Positions 27,815 to 40,400 of a stretch of 64,000 nt of DNA are shown here, piece after piece. Each line of letters opens with the position of its first letter. Position 1 is the first letter of the stretch. This DNA comes from Utricularia gibba (taxonomy: Eukaryota > Plantae > Magnoliophyta), in contig CM007989.1 in the NCBI GenBank assembly GCA_002189035.1, positions 7,130,001 through 7,194,000 of the forward strand. The letters run 5' to 3'. A program made the translations under genes and the position numbers. Below the pieces are notes generated by a model, which was given only the letters and a program-made list of their open reading frames with translations, ran no database searches and was not told the origin of the DNA.

Positions 27815-30448
27815 ATGGGTATGGCAGAAAACAATGTTGATCTGGATGAGGGCACCCTGGAGATTGGATTTGGTAACTTAATCTTCTCTTGATGCAATTT
27901 GCATGTATTCATTCATGTCTCTCATGTGTATATTGGATATCTTGGATTCTGCATTATGCTATTGGGGTGATGCTCTTGAAATAATGCAGATTACAGAACG
28001 GTGGCCAGGCCACTGGTTATACTTCATAAAGTCAAGGTGGATTCTTTATGCACCTAAGGATACTTAATATGCTATCGAGAAAAGAGTAGGATATTAGAGC
28101 ATTCGCCTAGGGGATGGAACAACTCGACGTGGGCAGGTTTTAGAGGTTGATGCAGAGAAAGCTGTGATTCAGGTGATTTTAACTAAATTTTCTAGTATAA
28201 GGCCTCTATTTATTTGTCTCCTTTGGGTACTCACTGTGAACTTGAGCAACAAACCAGTTTTTTCAATCAAGCATATCTGAAGAAGTTCCCTTTTTTTTTT
28301 ATCGATCCATTGTTTAACTGAAGGCCTTATTTGTGGCACCTGTATAAATGATCTCCCCCTCCTGTAAGTTTCGCACTGCTTGTCCCTAACTCGGACATCT
28401 TTTTATTTCTTTCACTCAGGTTTTCGAGGGAACTTCTGGAATTGATAACAAACATACAACCGTCCAGTTTACTGGGGAGGTATTGCTGGTTCAGCTTGCT
28501 TTTTATTTTTCTCCAGCCTTTTAATCCATTTAATAGATACCATGTAATGGTCTGTAGGTTTCTTTGGTGTCGCATGCACATAATACTAGGATGTCAAGTA
28601 TTTTTTGAAGAGCAATTGTGAAGAGACCATGATCTACAGAGTACCATGGTCTTCAGAGCTGATGCAATTTTTACAGATACTAAAAACACTAGTCTCCTTG
28701 GACATGCTTGGTCATATTTTTAATGGTTCCCTGAAGACGAAAGATAATGGCTCACCCATGCTTCCTGAGGCTTACTTGGACATTTCTGGCAAGTTTAGTG
28801 CATTGGAAATTGTTGCTCTGCATGCAGTGACGTTTTTACTGTGACATAACTGCTGTACTTGCGAATTCAGGCAGTGACGTTCTCTGCATTGGAAATTGTT
28901 TCTCTGCATCCAGAGGAAATGATACAGACTGGAATTTCAGCAATAGATGTGATGAATTCAACTGCTAAGGGACAAAAGATACCTCTCTTTTCTGCTGCTG
29001 GTTTTCCACATAATGAAAAGCTTACAGAAATCTGAGAATCTTCTTGAGGTGATTCACTTGGGTAGATTCTTGTTAGTGATAGAATGCATGTATTTCTTTT
29101 AGAAAATATTGGTGCCATCAAGATTGTGTTTCAATTTTTTTATTTATGCTTCACTTATTACCATGAAAATTTTATCTGAGACCAAAAACTTGTGTATGAA
29201 GCAATGAGGGCCCAGTACTTATGGATGGATATTTTGTTCATTTCTTGCTAGATCATCGGGCTCCTTTTTTAACTTCTGTGATTCATTTCTTAAACTCTGT
29301 GCGTTCATGGTTCATGATTTGGTTATTTTCTTGTGATATATTAATTTGGAGTGTGGTTGTTAATACCAAACCCTATGGATCTGTATTTTTTTCTATGCGT
29401 TCTTGGTTCATGATATGGTTATTTTCCTTGTGATGTATTGGTTTGGTCTGTGGTTGTTAATACCATACCCTATGGATCTGTATTTTTTTTTCTTTTGATA
29501 CAACTTATTCATGGCATAATCCCTTGCGCAGGACCATGAAGAGGACAATTTTGCAATTGTCTTTGCTGCAATGGGGGTCAACATGGAAACTGCACAATTT
29601 TTTAAACGTGATTTCGAGGAAAATGGATCCATGGAGAGAGTGACCTTTTTCCTATATCTGGTAATTATGGTTTTAATAATTTGCTTCTCAAGATATCCAC
29701 CGTATCTTTTGTTTCTAATATGATTTTTCTCTAGGCAAATGAGCCAACTATAGAACGCATTATCACCCTCGTAGACTTGCTGTATGAATGTGGGAAACAT
29801 GTTCTTGTCATATTGACAGATATGAATTCTTATGCTGATGCCCTTCGTGAGGTTTTCTTGTGTATGTGTTTTCTCTCTTCTTTGAGATTTAGCCCCTATT
29901 TTAATAACGGCAGATGAATTGAATGGTCATAGTCTAGAGCTTATCTTCCTAGGCCTCTACTGCTTGATCTCTATCTTGTTTTGCCCCCTGTATGCCCTTG
30001 CTGACTTACAGTCTTTCCAGCTTTATGCAAACTATGCCACTGGCAAGGATGTCCAGGCCATGAAAGCTGTGGTCGGAGAAGAAGCTCTCTCCTCAGAGGA
30101 TTTGGTTCGTATATCAAATTTATTAACCCAGATACATTTCTTCCCATCCGCAACATCTGATTCACAGATTCTCCTACACAGCTGTACCTCGAGTTTCATG
30201 ACAAATTCAAAAGGAAGTTCGTCTCGCAGGGGGCCTACGACACCCGCAACATCTTCCAGTCACTCGATCCAGCAAGGACGTTGCTCGGAATCTTCCCCTG
30301 TGAACTCCTCCACCGCATTCCGGCCAAGACACTGGACCTGTTCTACAGCAGAGACACATCCAACGTACGAGTCAACTCCTTCGATGTGTTTCCTGTTGAC
30401 AGACTGCACACATACTTGCCTGATTCCTTTGCCATTGAAATAGAATGA
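27815..30448 (+). pseudogene. VHA-B: Vacuolar H+-ATPase subunit B pseudogene
   Basis: Recognisable exons: 27815-27872, 27990-28036, ~28098-28172, 28420-28479, 28677-28788, 28871-29048, 29532-29660, 29735-29851, 30021-30104, 30182-30448. Lesions: SGV missing in exon 2; GPKYQEIV scrambled; filler insertion giving a frameshift and TAA at 28966-28968; IAAQICRQAGLV missing; RIALTTAEY replaced; about 110 aa (VSAAREEVPGRRG...SNQ) absent between 29851 and 30021. Confidence 0.92.
29297..29491. repeat. Diverged ~96-bp tandem duplication in a VHA-B intron
   Basis: Copy 1 starts at 29297 (ctgtgcgttcatggttcatgatttgg...ccctatggatctgtattttttt). Copy 2 starts at 29393 (ctatgcgttcttggttcatgatatgg...ccctatggatctgtatttttttt). 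Confidence 0.85.
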
Positions 30449-31540
30449 GCCCTCTGGAATCATCTTGTTGTTTGTCAAAACTGATGACTTGGATTTATCT
30501 TTTAATGCTAACCAGATAACCGTACCAGTTTGTTCACTCACACTGTATCTAGCTTCTTGATTGCTCCGTTTCTCACACGAAGCAGACAAACGGCACGAGC
30601 CTTTATCTCAGAACAAACAATACAGGGCAAAAACAAAACGGGGCACCAGAAGAGATGATGGATGGGGAGCTCGGGACCAAAAGCTGCGGGGCCGGGGGCA
30701 CTAATGGCCAAGCTGTCACTGCACATGAGCTTTAGGTATGTGCCCTGTATATGTTACTACTTGCAGTTTACCGATTTGGGATGGGGAAAAGGCACGTTCA
30801 CTATCAGAGTGAACTTTCACAGATACACAGAAGATTCCCTCTGTAAAGCTCTAGTCCACACACAACCATACACAGCCTGTAAAGGATAAAAACAAACCAC
30901 GCCTCTTCTATTTAGCTGTAGCTGTAGTTGTAGTCGCAGAAGTACCAGCTTTACACCACATGCTCTGGTGTCACCTTTCTAGCGTGCGTAGAATCCTCTT
31001 CCTCTTCTCTGTGTGCTCCCACAATACATGCATGTGCTGTGCTACTTCCTAACTCCAAGCGCAGCAGCAACTGTCCCTGACCCCAGCATTTAGGCTTAAT
31101 CCCCAACTGAGTTGTGGTTAGAGATGGGAAGTATGCAACGCATTCATTATTTGTGGGGTGAGAATTGATAAATAAGGCTTGTTTTGTTAGCACCTAGAAA
31201 TGACTATGTGTAGAGTAGCATTGTGAACATGTCATATGGGGAAGCAAAGGGCCAAAAGAATCCTCATACACAGCTTCAAGTCAACAGCATAAACCATCAG
31301 AGTAGAGTTTCCCCATGACAATACATAGCAAGGAAATCATTTCAGCATCATACTCTCTTGCACATACTCCAAAATTTGGGATAAACACGAGAGAGAGGTC
31401 CTCGCTCTGGTGACAAGTAGGAACCCATGATGGCAAAATAAATGAAATGGGGGCATAAACCACAAGAAGCCGAAGCAAAAGCATGAACAGAAAGCAGCAA
31501 CAAACTCAAGGATCAGATCTTGTTCTAAGCAGAATCGGAA

Positions 31541-32622
31541 TCACAGCTTACTCTCTGGTTTTCTGCAGAGAATCATGTACATTGGAGTAAAGATTCCAGT
31601 TTCCCCACCACGAGTCAGATAATCCGCAGTGACGAACAGCATTTCATGAACATCAACAACTCCCTGAGGTGCAATCCCGAGCCAAGCGAGACAAGTAACG
31701 ACAATGTGATTCCTCCAGTAGGCAATTCTCCCCATTTTCAAACGGCTCCACCAGGGCTGCGCCGGCGGACTCGCCAGATCCTTCTCAGAGATCACTTCAA
31801 AACCCACTTTCTTCGCTGTTTCAGCAATGTTTCTGCAGCTCCTCAGCCCCGGCAAAGCGTCACCCCGTTCGATTCCTTGTATTATCTCTACGTGATCTGC
31901 GCTTTCGGAGTTGTAAGATTCTGTGGTCACCCACTCATAGGAAACGTACAAAGAACCGGGCTTCAGAACCCTGTAGATCTCGCCGTAGACATCTTCAAGC
32001 TTCGGCGCGTGGCAAGTGGCCTCGATCGAGTACGCGCCGTCGAAACTGTTGTCTTCGAACGGCATCTGGAGAAAGTTTCCGCAGACGACCTCGCAGAGCT
32101 TATCAAGCCCAGCCTTTCTGTTGTGCATCCGTGCTCGCTTCACCTGATACTCGTTGATAGTGATTCCGACGACATTCGCCCCTGAATGTGCCGCAATTGC
32201 CCGCATCGGACCTCCAACGCCGCATCCGGCGTCAAGAATCTGTTTTCCCGGTCCCACATTAAGGAGGTCCACCGCCATCTCCTCGTGGAGGCGCGTGGCA
32301 TCGCGATGGGACTTGCCGGGAATGGAAGGAGAGAAATGGAAGGATTGGCCCCAACCCCACTCATAGATATCAGTAACGAGATTGTAGAAGGTGTCGACAA
32401 AGGCCGGCACTTTCTCCGCCGTCTCGATTTCCTTGGGCCGGCGGAAGAATGTCCAGTACTGCTTGAATTTGTCCTGGACCTTCTCACGCGCAATCGACCC
32501 CCAGAAAGCTGTGTCGCCGCCTTCCCCTTCTGCTCCGCCGATCCCAAGATACAGACGAACCAGTACAACCCGCCGGCCAGAATTGAGGCGGTGGCGGTGC
32601 AAAAGAGAGTTAAAAAATCCAT
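31541..32622 (-). CDS. SMT2: 24-methylenesterol C-methyltransferase (SMT2/3 type), single exon; one apparent 1-nt frameshift at 32498-32502
   Basis: N-terminal membrane anchor MDFLTLFCTATASILAGGLYWFVCILGSAEQKGK, then after the shift SIAREKVQ...FYNLVTDIYEWGWGQSFHF, ILDAGCGVGGP, YSIEATCHAP, IERGDALPGL. Adding one G gives 360 aa. Confidence 0.93.
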
Positions 32623-33776
32623 TCTCTTTCTAAGGACACCAGAAGTTTTAGGGTAGAAACGGCAGATACTGCCTTTATTGTGCTCCTTCCTTCCACTCCC
32701 TTCTTTTTCTTCAATTACTTTTTTTTCTTTTAATTTAAAAAAAAACGCGATATTTTATTTATTTATTTATCGTAGTTGAAAAATATACATATTTATTGCA
32801 TCCTATATAATTTTATCAAGGAAAAATTCAAAAATTAAAAAAAAAAAGGTGAAGGCATATTTTGACTTCCGAAGCACGTGTTACCGATCCACCAATCACG
32901 GAGGGACACGATGACCACCTCCATTTTTGTATTATCGATGAACCGTAATTATTTCATTTTTTGGTATTTTTAAATACAATAATAAATTTCGGCACACTGT
33001 GGGCCCAGTCCAATCTGTTACCACCCAAAATATGACTGCTTTATTGAGTGGGCCAGAGAACTGCGGCCCATCTTGATTCTGTTCTCACGTGCCCACGTCC
33101 ATTTAATCGCAGCAAAGAATGTGAATATGAATATGAAGGAACCTTCCATTCTATCTTTTTTTCTTCATTTTTTTAAATAGGTCATTTTTATAATAAATTT
33201 TAAATTATTTTTTAAAAATAAAATTTATTATTTAAAAAATTTGAATCTGATATATGACTTACTCATGCATTTGAGTTTAATCGAATTTAATCTCAATTTC
33301 AATCTATGATTTTAAAACGATATTTTTAAAATTACACAAATGACCCCTATTGATTTAATATTATCTCTATTATTTTAAAACAAAGACAAAATTGATCTCT
33401 AATATTGTTGAATATTAAATAATTAATATGCTCGATATTCAAATAATAGAAAATAAAAAAAACAAGTAAAATTTAAAAATTCAAAAATCAAATTCTAACA
33501 ATATACCAAACTTTGGAAATTAATTACACATGATATACAAAACTTGGGAGATCGATTTTATTAATGAGGACGAATTATATAATATGCGTTAAAAATAAAA
33601 AAAATTGTGAAAATGCAGTAACAATAATTACAAAAAATAATAAACATGACAAACATTATTATTATTATTTTTCAATTCAACGTAATAACAATAATCACAA
33701 AAAAATAATAAAAAAATCAGGGTAATTGACAAACAACTGCAACGTTGGAGGTGGGAAAAATATGGGAGGAAGGGTG

Positions 33777-36730
33777 TCAACGATGCAGAGTCTCCGCGGA
33801 CGGCGGGTTCCACGACGGCGGAATCCGGCCGGAATCGACCTGCGTGATGTGGACGTCGAGAGGATAAAGCCTGTACTCGATGTCCAGCTCCTTGAAGATG
33901 CTGACCATTTCCTCTACCAAAAGAGCTCTCCTCATCCACTTCTCCCCGATGTCCTGATGATTCATCCGGTGCCGGAGCCAGACCGATAACTTAAGGCTGT
34001 TTAAGCCTTGCAAGTCCATCAGAACCACCGCCGGGGAAGGGTACCAGTGCTCTGTCTTGTTCTCCACATAGCTTGTGATTCTTTGCTTCATGATGCCGAT
34101 CTTTTCTGCTGGTGTAGCGATGTGAACCATGAAGTCGACGGCATCGCCCATGTCTGGGCTCCGGTAGTAGTTGCTGATCGGCCTTGTGGCGAGAGTTATA
34201 TTGGGGAAGACAACCTTTTGATTGTCTGCTTTGAGGAAGACAGTAGTCAGGATGTTCATCTCTTCAACGACCATCTGCATGTTTGTGGACATTAGCTACA
34301 GAAAACAAGAGCTGCAACATGCATAGTAGCAGCCGGCATTTTTCTTTGTACCTGAACTCCATCGACCTCGCAGCGGTCTCCCACATCAAAAGGATGAATG
34401 ACGAAGACGAATATGACAGCCTCGAATAAGGTTCTGCAGGAGTTCCCAAAAATGAATGCCGCCAAAACAATCTCAGAGCTGAGGAAGATCAAGGACTTGC
34501 TTGTGACTATGCCAAGGATCACTAGGCAGATCAAAAGTATTATGATGAACACTATGACATCCACCAGCTGATGAAGCTTATTGACTGCTGTTTTCGTGTC
34601 GTTGAGAGTCAATGCGAGAGCTTTTCTCTCCCTGAAAGAGTTTACCTGCACATGAGATCCCATAGATAACCTCAGAGAAATAGTGAATATAGGTTGACTG
34701 CATGAAGAAGCTGTCCTTACCACCCAATTTTTCAGTGACGCTTTGTTGATCTTTCCACTTTCCGCTGATCCCTCAATGATGTTCAAGGTTTTGAATGCCT
34801 CTTCTTCTTGCAAGAACCGCACCAAATCCTCAAGTTCGATAAACCTGTTCCAAAACATTAAAAAGACAGCCCATGTTAATCTCTGATTGATTGTTGATCT
34901 CTGATTGATTGTTGATCATCACATTCAAGTATAAACTAGAACATACTTAGCTCTAGGCTTGGCCACATTGCGAAAAATTTTCCGGGCAGCAGCCTTTGCC
35001 TCACATTCGCTACTGATCAGCGTTGTAGATTCATCGTCCTGGGAGCTATGGAATGCTTGCTCATCCACTGTAGAAAGCGCCCCATGTTTAACAATTTTTA
35101 TCAACCTCTTCATGTTCCAAGCAGAAACATTCTTATTGTTCATCTTGTGCAGTGTGTTAATCGGTATTCCATGATCATCTTGGCCTTTCTGCTGTTGTTG
35201 GGAGAACATGGAGGCTGATACTTTCATAGCTTTTTCAGAACCAAGTGCTTTTCTACTCTTTTCATACAGCAAAAGCTGAGCAGATAGCTCTGGAGGCAGA
35301 GTGGCTCCTGCTTTCTGAAGCCTAGATACTTCAGCCATCGTCTTCTCTTCTTCCTCCTGAATGCTTCTGATCTCGATCAATGGTGGCCCAGAGAGCGTCT
35401 CGATCACGTATTGATTGAAAACAGACTCTTGGATACGATCAAAGAAAGTGCTCACATGAAATGAAGAAGCAAGAACTTTAACCATGAGTGTTTTGACGAG
35501 CCAAAGAAGAGTTCCCACCAATAAACAGAACATGATCTTGTTCATAAACCTCAAAAAGTTGCTCCTATCCACCTTCTTATCGAACATAGAAGTCCAGGCA
35601 ACAAGAACCAAGCCTAACCAGATGCAATTCCTCACGGATTTCCGCACACCATACACGAAATACAGTATCCTTTTCCTCATAAAAAAGTTCCTTTCAATGA
35701 AAAATACAGAAATCCTTATTCCCCAGCCTGAAACCAATCTCCCACATATCAGAACAAGAACTAGAACCTCCCATTTCCACAAGCTTAATCCTCTGAACCT
35801 CGTTGCCTTTAAACTTGAAACAACAAGAGTACAAACTAGAGCAATGACAAGCACAAAAAGGCTGATGCATTCTAGAATAGTCAAGACATCAATCATCTCC
35901 TTGTTGTAATCATCAGGAAGATCCTCATCAAACAATGGATCATCTTCTTCTTCCTCTGATTTTTCTAGTCTCCCAGATTTCATCATCCCTGATCTTAATT
36001 GACCAGATTTCAACATCCCTGATCGTAACTGACCAGATTTCATCATCCCGGATCTCCTGTCTGTCATCTCTTGAGGATCCATCAACCTTGACTTGGTCTT
36101 CAATTTTCCTATCCCACTTGCTCTTCTCTGAAATGATGTGCATTTCAGGACTGAAACATTATCTGCAGGATCCTGAATACACATAGACTTTCTCCTATTA
36201 CCAATCCTGGAACCGTTTTCCTTCTCATCAAGGCCTATATCAACCATGTCATCGTCCCTAAACTGGGGGTTTCTAAAGGAGACCTTTAGCTCCTTGGAAG
36301 GAGGTAAACCAACATTCGGAGGAAAATCGCTATAATTCCAATTTCTAAGCTCTTCCATTTCCAAATCCATATCAAGTAGCTTCTCTCCTCCATAGTCCCT
36401 CTGTTTATTCAAGAAATTCCGAATCAGTTTCGAAAACGCATCTTCTGACCCATTACTCGCATTAGAATCGGTTCTCCAAATACCCAAACTTGAAACACGC
36501 TGAAAATGACGCACCTTCTGCGATAACCGTACATCTCCATCATCGTCGATCCTGACGATCACCTCCTTCGACGGCGATGTATGAGATGCTTCCTTTGAGT
36601 CATCGGGCAACATGGGTCGTTTCTCATGCAGGGTGCCTTTCTCTGAGGCGGATTCCGAGGACAAGATTCCCCTGAATGAATTCTGGGACTTGAAGGTGCC
36701 CCTTCCCTTCACTGACGACGACGTATCCAT
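33777..36730 (-). CDS. MSL: MscS-like mechanosensitive ion channel, MSL4-8 clade
   Basis: Exons (-): 36730-34947, 34844-34721, 34645-34352, 34274-33777. Motifs: LWKWEVLVLVLICGRLVSGW, ASSFHVSTFFDRIQESVFNQY, ALTLNDTKTAVNKL, FVIHPFDVGDRCEVDGVQMVVEEMNILTTVFL, NYYRSPDMGDAV. Confidence 0.95.
34879..34917. repeat. Perfect 18-bp tandem duplication in MSL intron 1
   Basis: atctctgattgattgttg twice (34879-34896, 34897-34914), followed by atc. Confidence 0.9.
35973..36055 (-). repeat. 30-bp coding tandem repeat (~2.8 units) in the MSL N-terminus
   Basis: Units start at 35973, 36003 and 36033 and encode RSGMMKSGQL RSGMLKSGQL RSGMMKSGRL. Confidence 0.9.
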
Positions 36731-37469
36731 GAAAACACGACATGGACAAAATGCAATGGTTCAAGAAGAGGAAAAGAGACAAGAGGGGAGGGCATTCGTT
36801 TTCCGCCATTGACGACAAATTCAAAATCTCCAATCCGCATGCGCGATTAATTTAAAATTTCCCACGTGCGTTTCCCTAAATTTTAGTGCGTTTTTTTAAA
36901 AAAATTAATTAGTTAAATATAAATAAAATTAGAAAAACAAAAAATCAAATTTAAATCAGCATAAAAAGTTTAATCCCAAAATTTCGAAATTATAAAAAAA
37001 CATTTCAAATTATCAAAATTGTGTAAAGAAGACCTATGCAAATTTTAAAATTTTTAAAAAATAAATCAAACATGAAAACTTAAATATTTAACAAAAAACC
37101 TAAACATTAGGAGTTGAATATAAATATTGAAATATACAATAAAAATCCTAATAATTATTAAAAATATGTAATGAAATCCAAAAATGAGAGATTCACTATA
37201 CAATTTCATAAATTTGAGAGTTGAGACAAACTGTTTTTTTAAAAAAATAAGTTAGATAACCTATAATATAATTTTAAAATTTAATAATTAAAATTTTTAT
37301 ACTAATTGTAATTTAAATTGACACAAACAAACTCCACCTGTTAAATATAATATAAATCAAAGGCCGTACAAATCAGTGTAGTTGTAAGCTGGTCAAGGAC
37401 TACAGAGAGACTTCTTCTTCTTGAGATGACGGCAGTTCCCAGTTCAGTATGGTTGTATGGTATTTGTGT

Positions 37470-40400
37470 TCACCTATGTCCTCCTCCGCGTTTGAGAGCT
37501 GCGAACAGCCCACCTGATCGCTCCTTCTTCCCTTCGCCATCGTCCCCTACCTGCCATAAACGGAAGAAAGATAACCATCGCGCAAGCGAAACAGATGTGT
37601 ATGTTTGAAGCTGCAACTGTGTGTGCATCGTGGGTGATTGAACTGCAAGCATGGATGGGTGTGGTTCATACCTCCTTGGAAAGCTTCTTCAAGGTTTCAG
37701 TAATCTCAGAAAAATCGGATCTCTGTGCTGGATTCTGCTGCCAGCATCTTACAAGTAGCTCAGCAAGCTTCGGGTGGGTTTCTTTGGGAATAGTCGGTCG
37801 CAGGCCCTGACAAATGTGTCTCGATGTCAGCCGGGTTCAGACCTTGAAACTTAAGAATGAAGAGGTTGAGGAAGCTTACGTCGTGGACGACGCCAACGGC
37901 AGCTTGCAGAGGGGTCAAGTAGTCGTAGGGGAGCTGAAAATTCAAAACCCACAAATGGGAAACCTTTAGAACGTTAAAGGTTTAGGGGCATCTCGTTTAC
38001 AGAGCTCAAGCAAGATAAAAACATCACCTTTCCTGTCAGTAGTTCCCATAAGACAATCCCAAAACTGAAGACATCCGCTTTTTGATCGTAGGGTTTGTGT
38101 TCAATAACCTTGACAAATTGTAAGGTTACTTTGAAGTAAACTGCAAACATTCCAAAACTGAATGGAAGAAAGGGGAATGTACCTCAGGTGCCATCCATCT
38201 GTAAGTCCCGGTTTCAGCTGTCATCACACCGGTTTGTGCCCTCACTCGGGCGACTCCAAAATCACCCACTTTCACAACCTACGGAGAAGACAATGTAAAG
38301 TGGAATCCACGATGTAATGTAGTGTTTAAGTCCCCTTCCGTTTACATGAATTTGAGCATACCTCATGTTCATCCATCAAAAGATTTGCAGTCTTCAAGTC
38401 CCTGTGTATTATATTGATCTGATGCAAATAGTCCATTCCCTTTGATACGTCAATAGCCACTTTCAGCAAAGATGAAAGTCTGAAGTTGCTCCTTTTCTTG
38501 TGTAAGTAGTCGTATATACTTCCTCCAGACATATATTCTGTAGATGATAGACAGGCATTTCAACAATGGAAAGTTGATTCAGTAAGGATTCCCTGGTGCA
38601 TCTTAACTAATAAAGTCTCTAACTTCAGGCCTGGACTTGGTAAACACAGTAATAATAGAACAAAACTGTTTATCTTACTGAAACGTACCAGTTACTATGC
38701 ACAAGTTGGGGCGTCTGGTGCATGCTCCTATGAACTGAACCACGTTTTTATGTCGAATTTTTCTGCAAAAGTTCAAGGAAAACAAGAAAGATGATGTAGT
38801 CTTCATCACATTGAAGAAAGGGAAATTCTGAACAACTTTCCACGTATATGGACCTCATTATGTAAACTTCCTGAGCGAACTCCTTCTGGACGTCTTCATT
38901 CACACACTCTGCCTTGAGAATTTTAATGGCAACTTCTTGACCACGATAGGTTCCCTTGTATCTGGAAGAACAGAATGCAGCAGTTATATAAAAACAAAGG
39001 ATGGCTGCTATGTTGATGATTGTCATGCAAAACTTACAAGTCGCCATAGGATCCTGAAGCGACTTTGGATTCAAATTCTAAAAGGTGTGGATCGATTTCC
39101 CAGACATCAGTGCCATCATTGGGAATTTGCAGATGATCGGATTTGAATACAGTGTCTGTTTTCTCTTGTTTGATAACTGGGGGTAACAGACTTCTACTGT
39201 AATCGGAGGAGTGTCGCTGCATTAACAAAAACTCTTTCAAAAACTAATGCTCCAAGTATGCATGAAGTTCACCAGAATTAATACTGGAAAAACAATGCTC
39301 AGGTGTAGTTTAAACAAAAGAGACGAAAGAACAGCACCTTGAAACTCAACACTTTATTCTTGAGCATAGACTGAAGCTTTTCCACTTCCTGAGGAGTTAA
39401 GGCACAACAGTCAGCCACAATGACAGCAGGTGGCTTAAGAAGTATTTCCTGAGGATGGGTATTAGTACCTCATCATGCCAACCATTAACAACAAAAACAT
39501 CAAGGGAAAAGCCATCCTTAGTAGAAAAAGCATGTGCCTCCTGGATATTGAGGCCAAGCTCAGCTAACAGTGAGGTCAACTGCAATCAGCAAGTAAAACT
39601 TCTGGTAAAGAGATTGCAAAGTAAATCCTCCTAATGGCAAATGACACATAAAGCACCTGGCTGAGTAGCTTTGGTTTGTCTTCGCCTGAGAAAGTGATCT
39701 CATGCATTGGCCTGCATCAACATTGGATACAGACAGACAGGCAGAAACTCCAATGAGATATATACAGGATACTGAAAATGAGGCATGTCTAGATGATGAA
39801 GAGAAAACCAAGAAAGTGTGACGAATGGCATTTAACATTTTTCCAGAATGTATATTCCTGAGTCACCAGAACTGCTAATGTGTTGTACTGCAGTTGGAAT
39901 GGAATGAGAATGCATGTGGAACGTAGATATGACAACATGTCAGATTAAATATACCCGAGTAATTCGATTCTAGCATTTGATCCATCATTCCCACCTTCAC
40001 TTTCAAGAGCAAGCGCTTCAAGATTCGGAGAAGAACCGAAGGAAGGAGGCGGATGGGCACTGAAGAAATATTTGCAGAAACATATAACATGAAAACCATA
40101 CGATACTGAAGTACATATGCTAAAGGAATGAGGTAAACCAAGTTTTTTCTTTTCTTAAACTTCAAGAATGTTAACTCAAATAATAGTCACACCTTCCCCT
40201 CACTCTTCTAGGATTAGATGGACTGTCTGAACCATCTGATTCCCCGTCAATGAAAGGAACAACCTGCAAGTAAGTTGTCAAAGAACAATATGACAAGTCT
40301 ATCCACAATACTGCATTGACGTTAAACAACTTTTTGCAGGTTAAACACAAGCTATTGAAATGCTGCACCAGATGTTTGAAGAGCCAGAAATCCATCCCTT

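Noticed and set aside
30500-31500. Splice-like signals and short ORFs between the VHA-B pseudogene and SMT2
   Set aside because: No consistent spliced ORF or recognisable hairpin, and I found no match to conserved miRNAs I recall; probably 3' UTR sequence.
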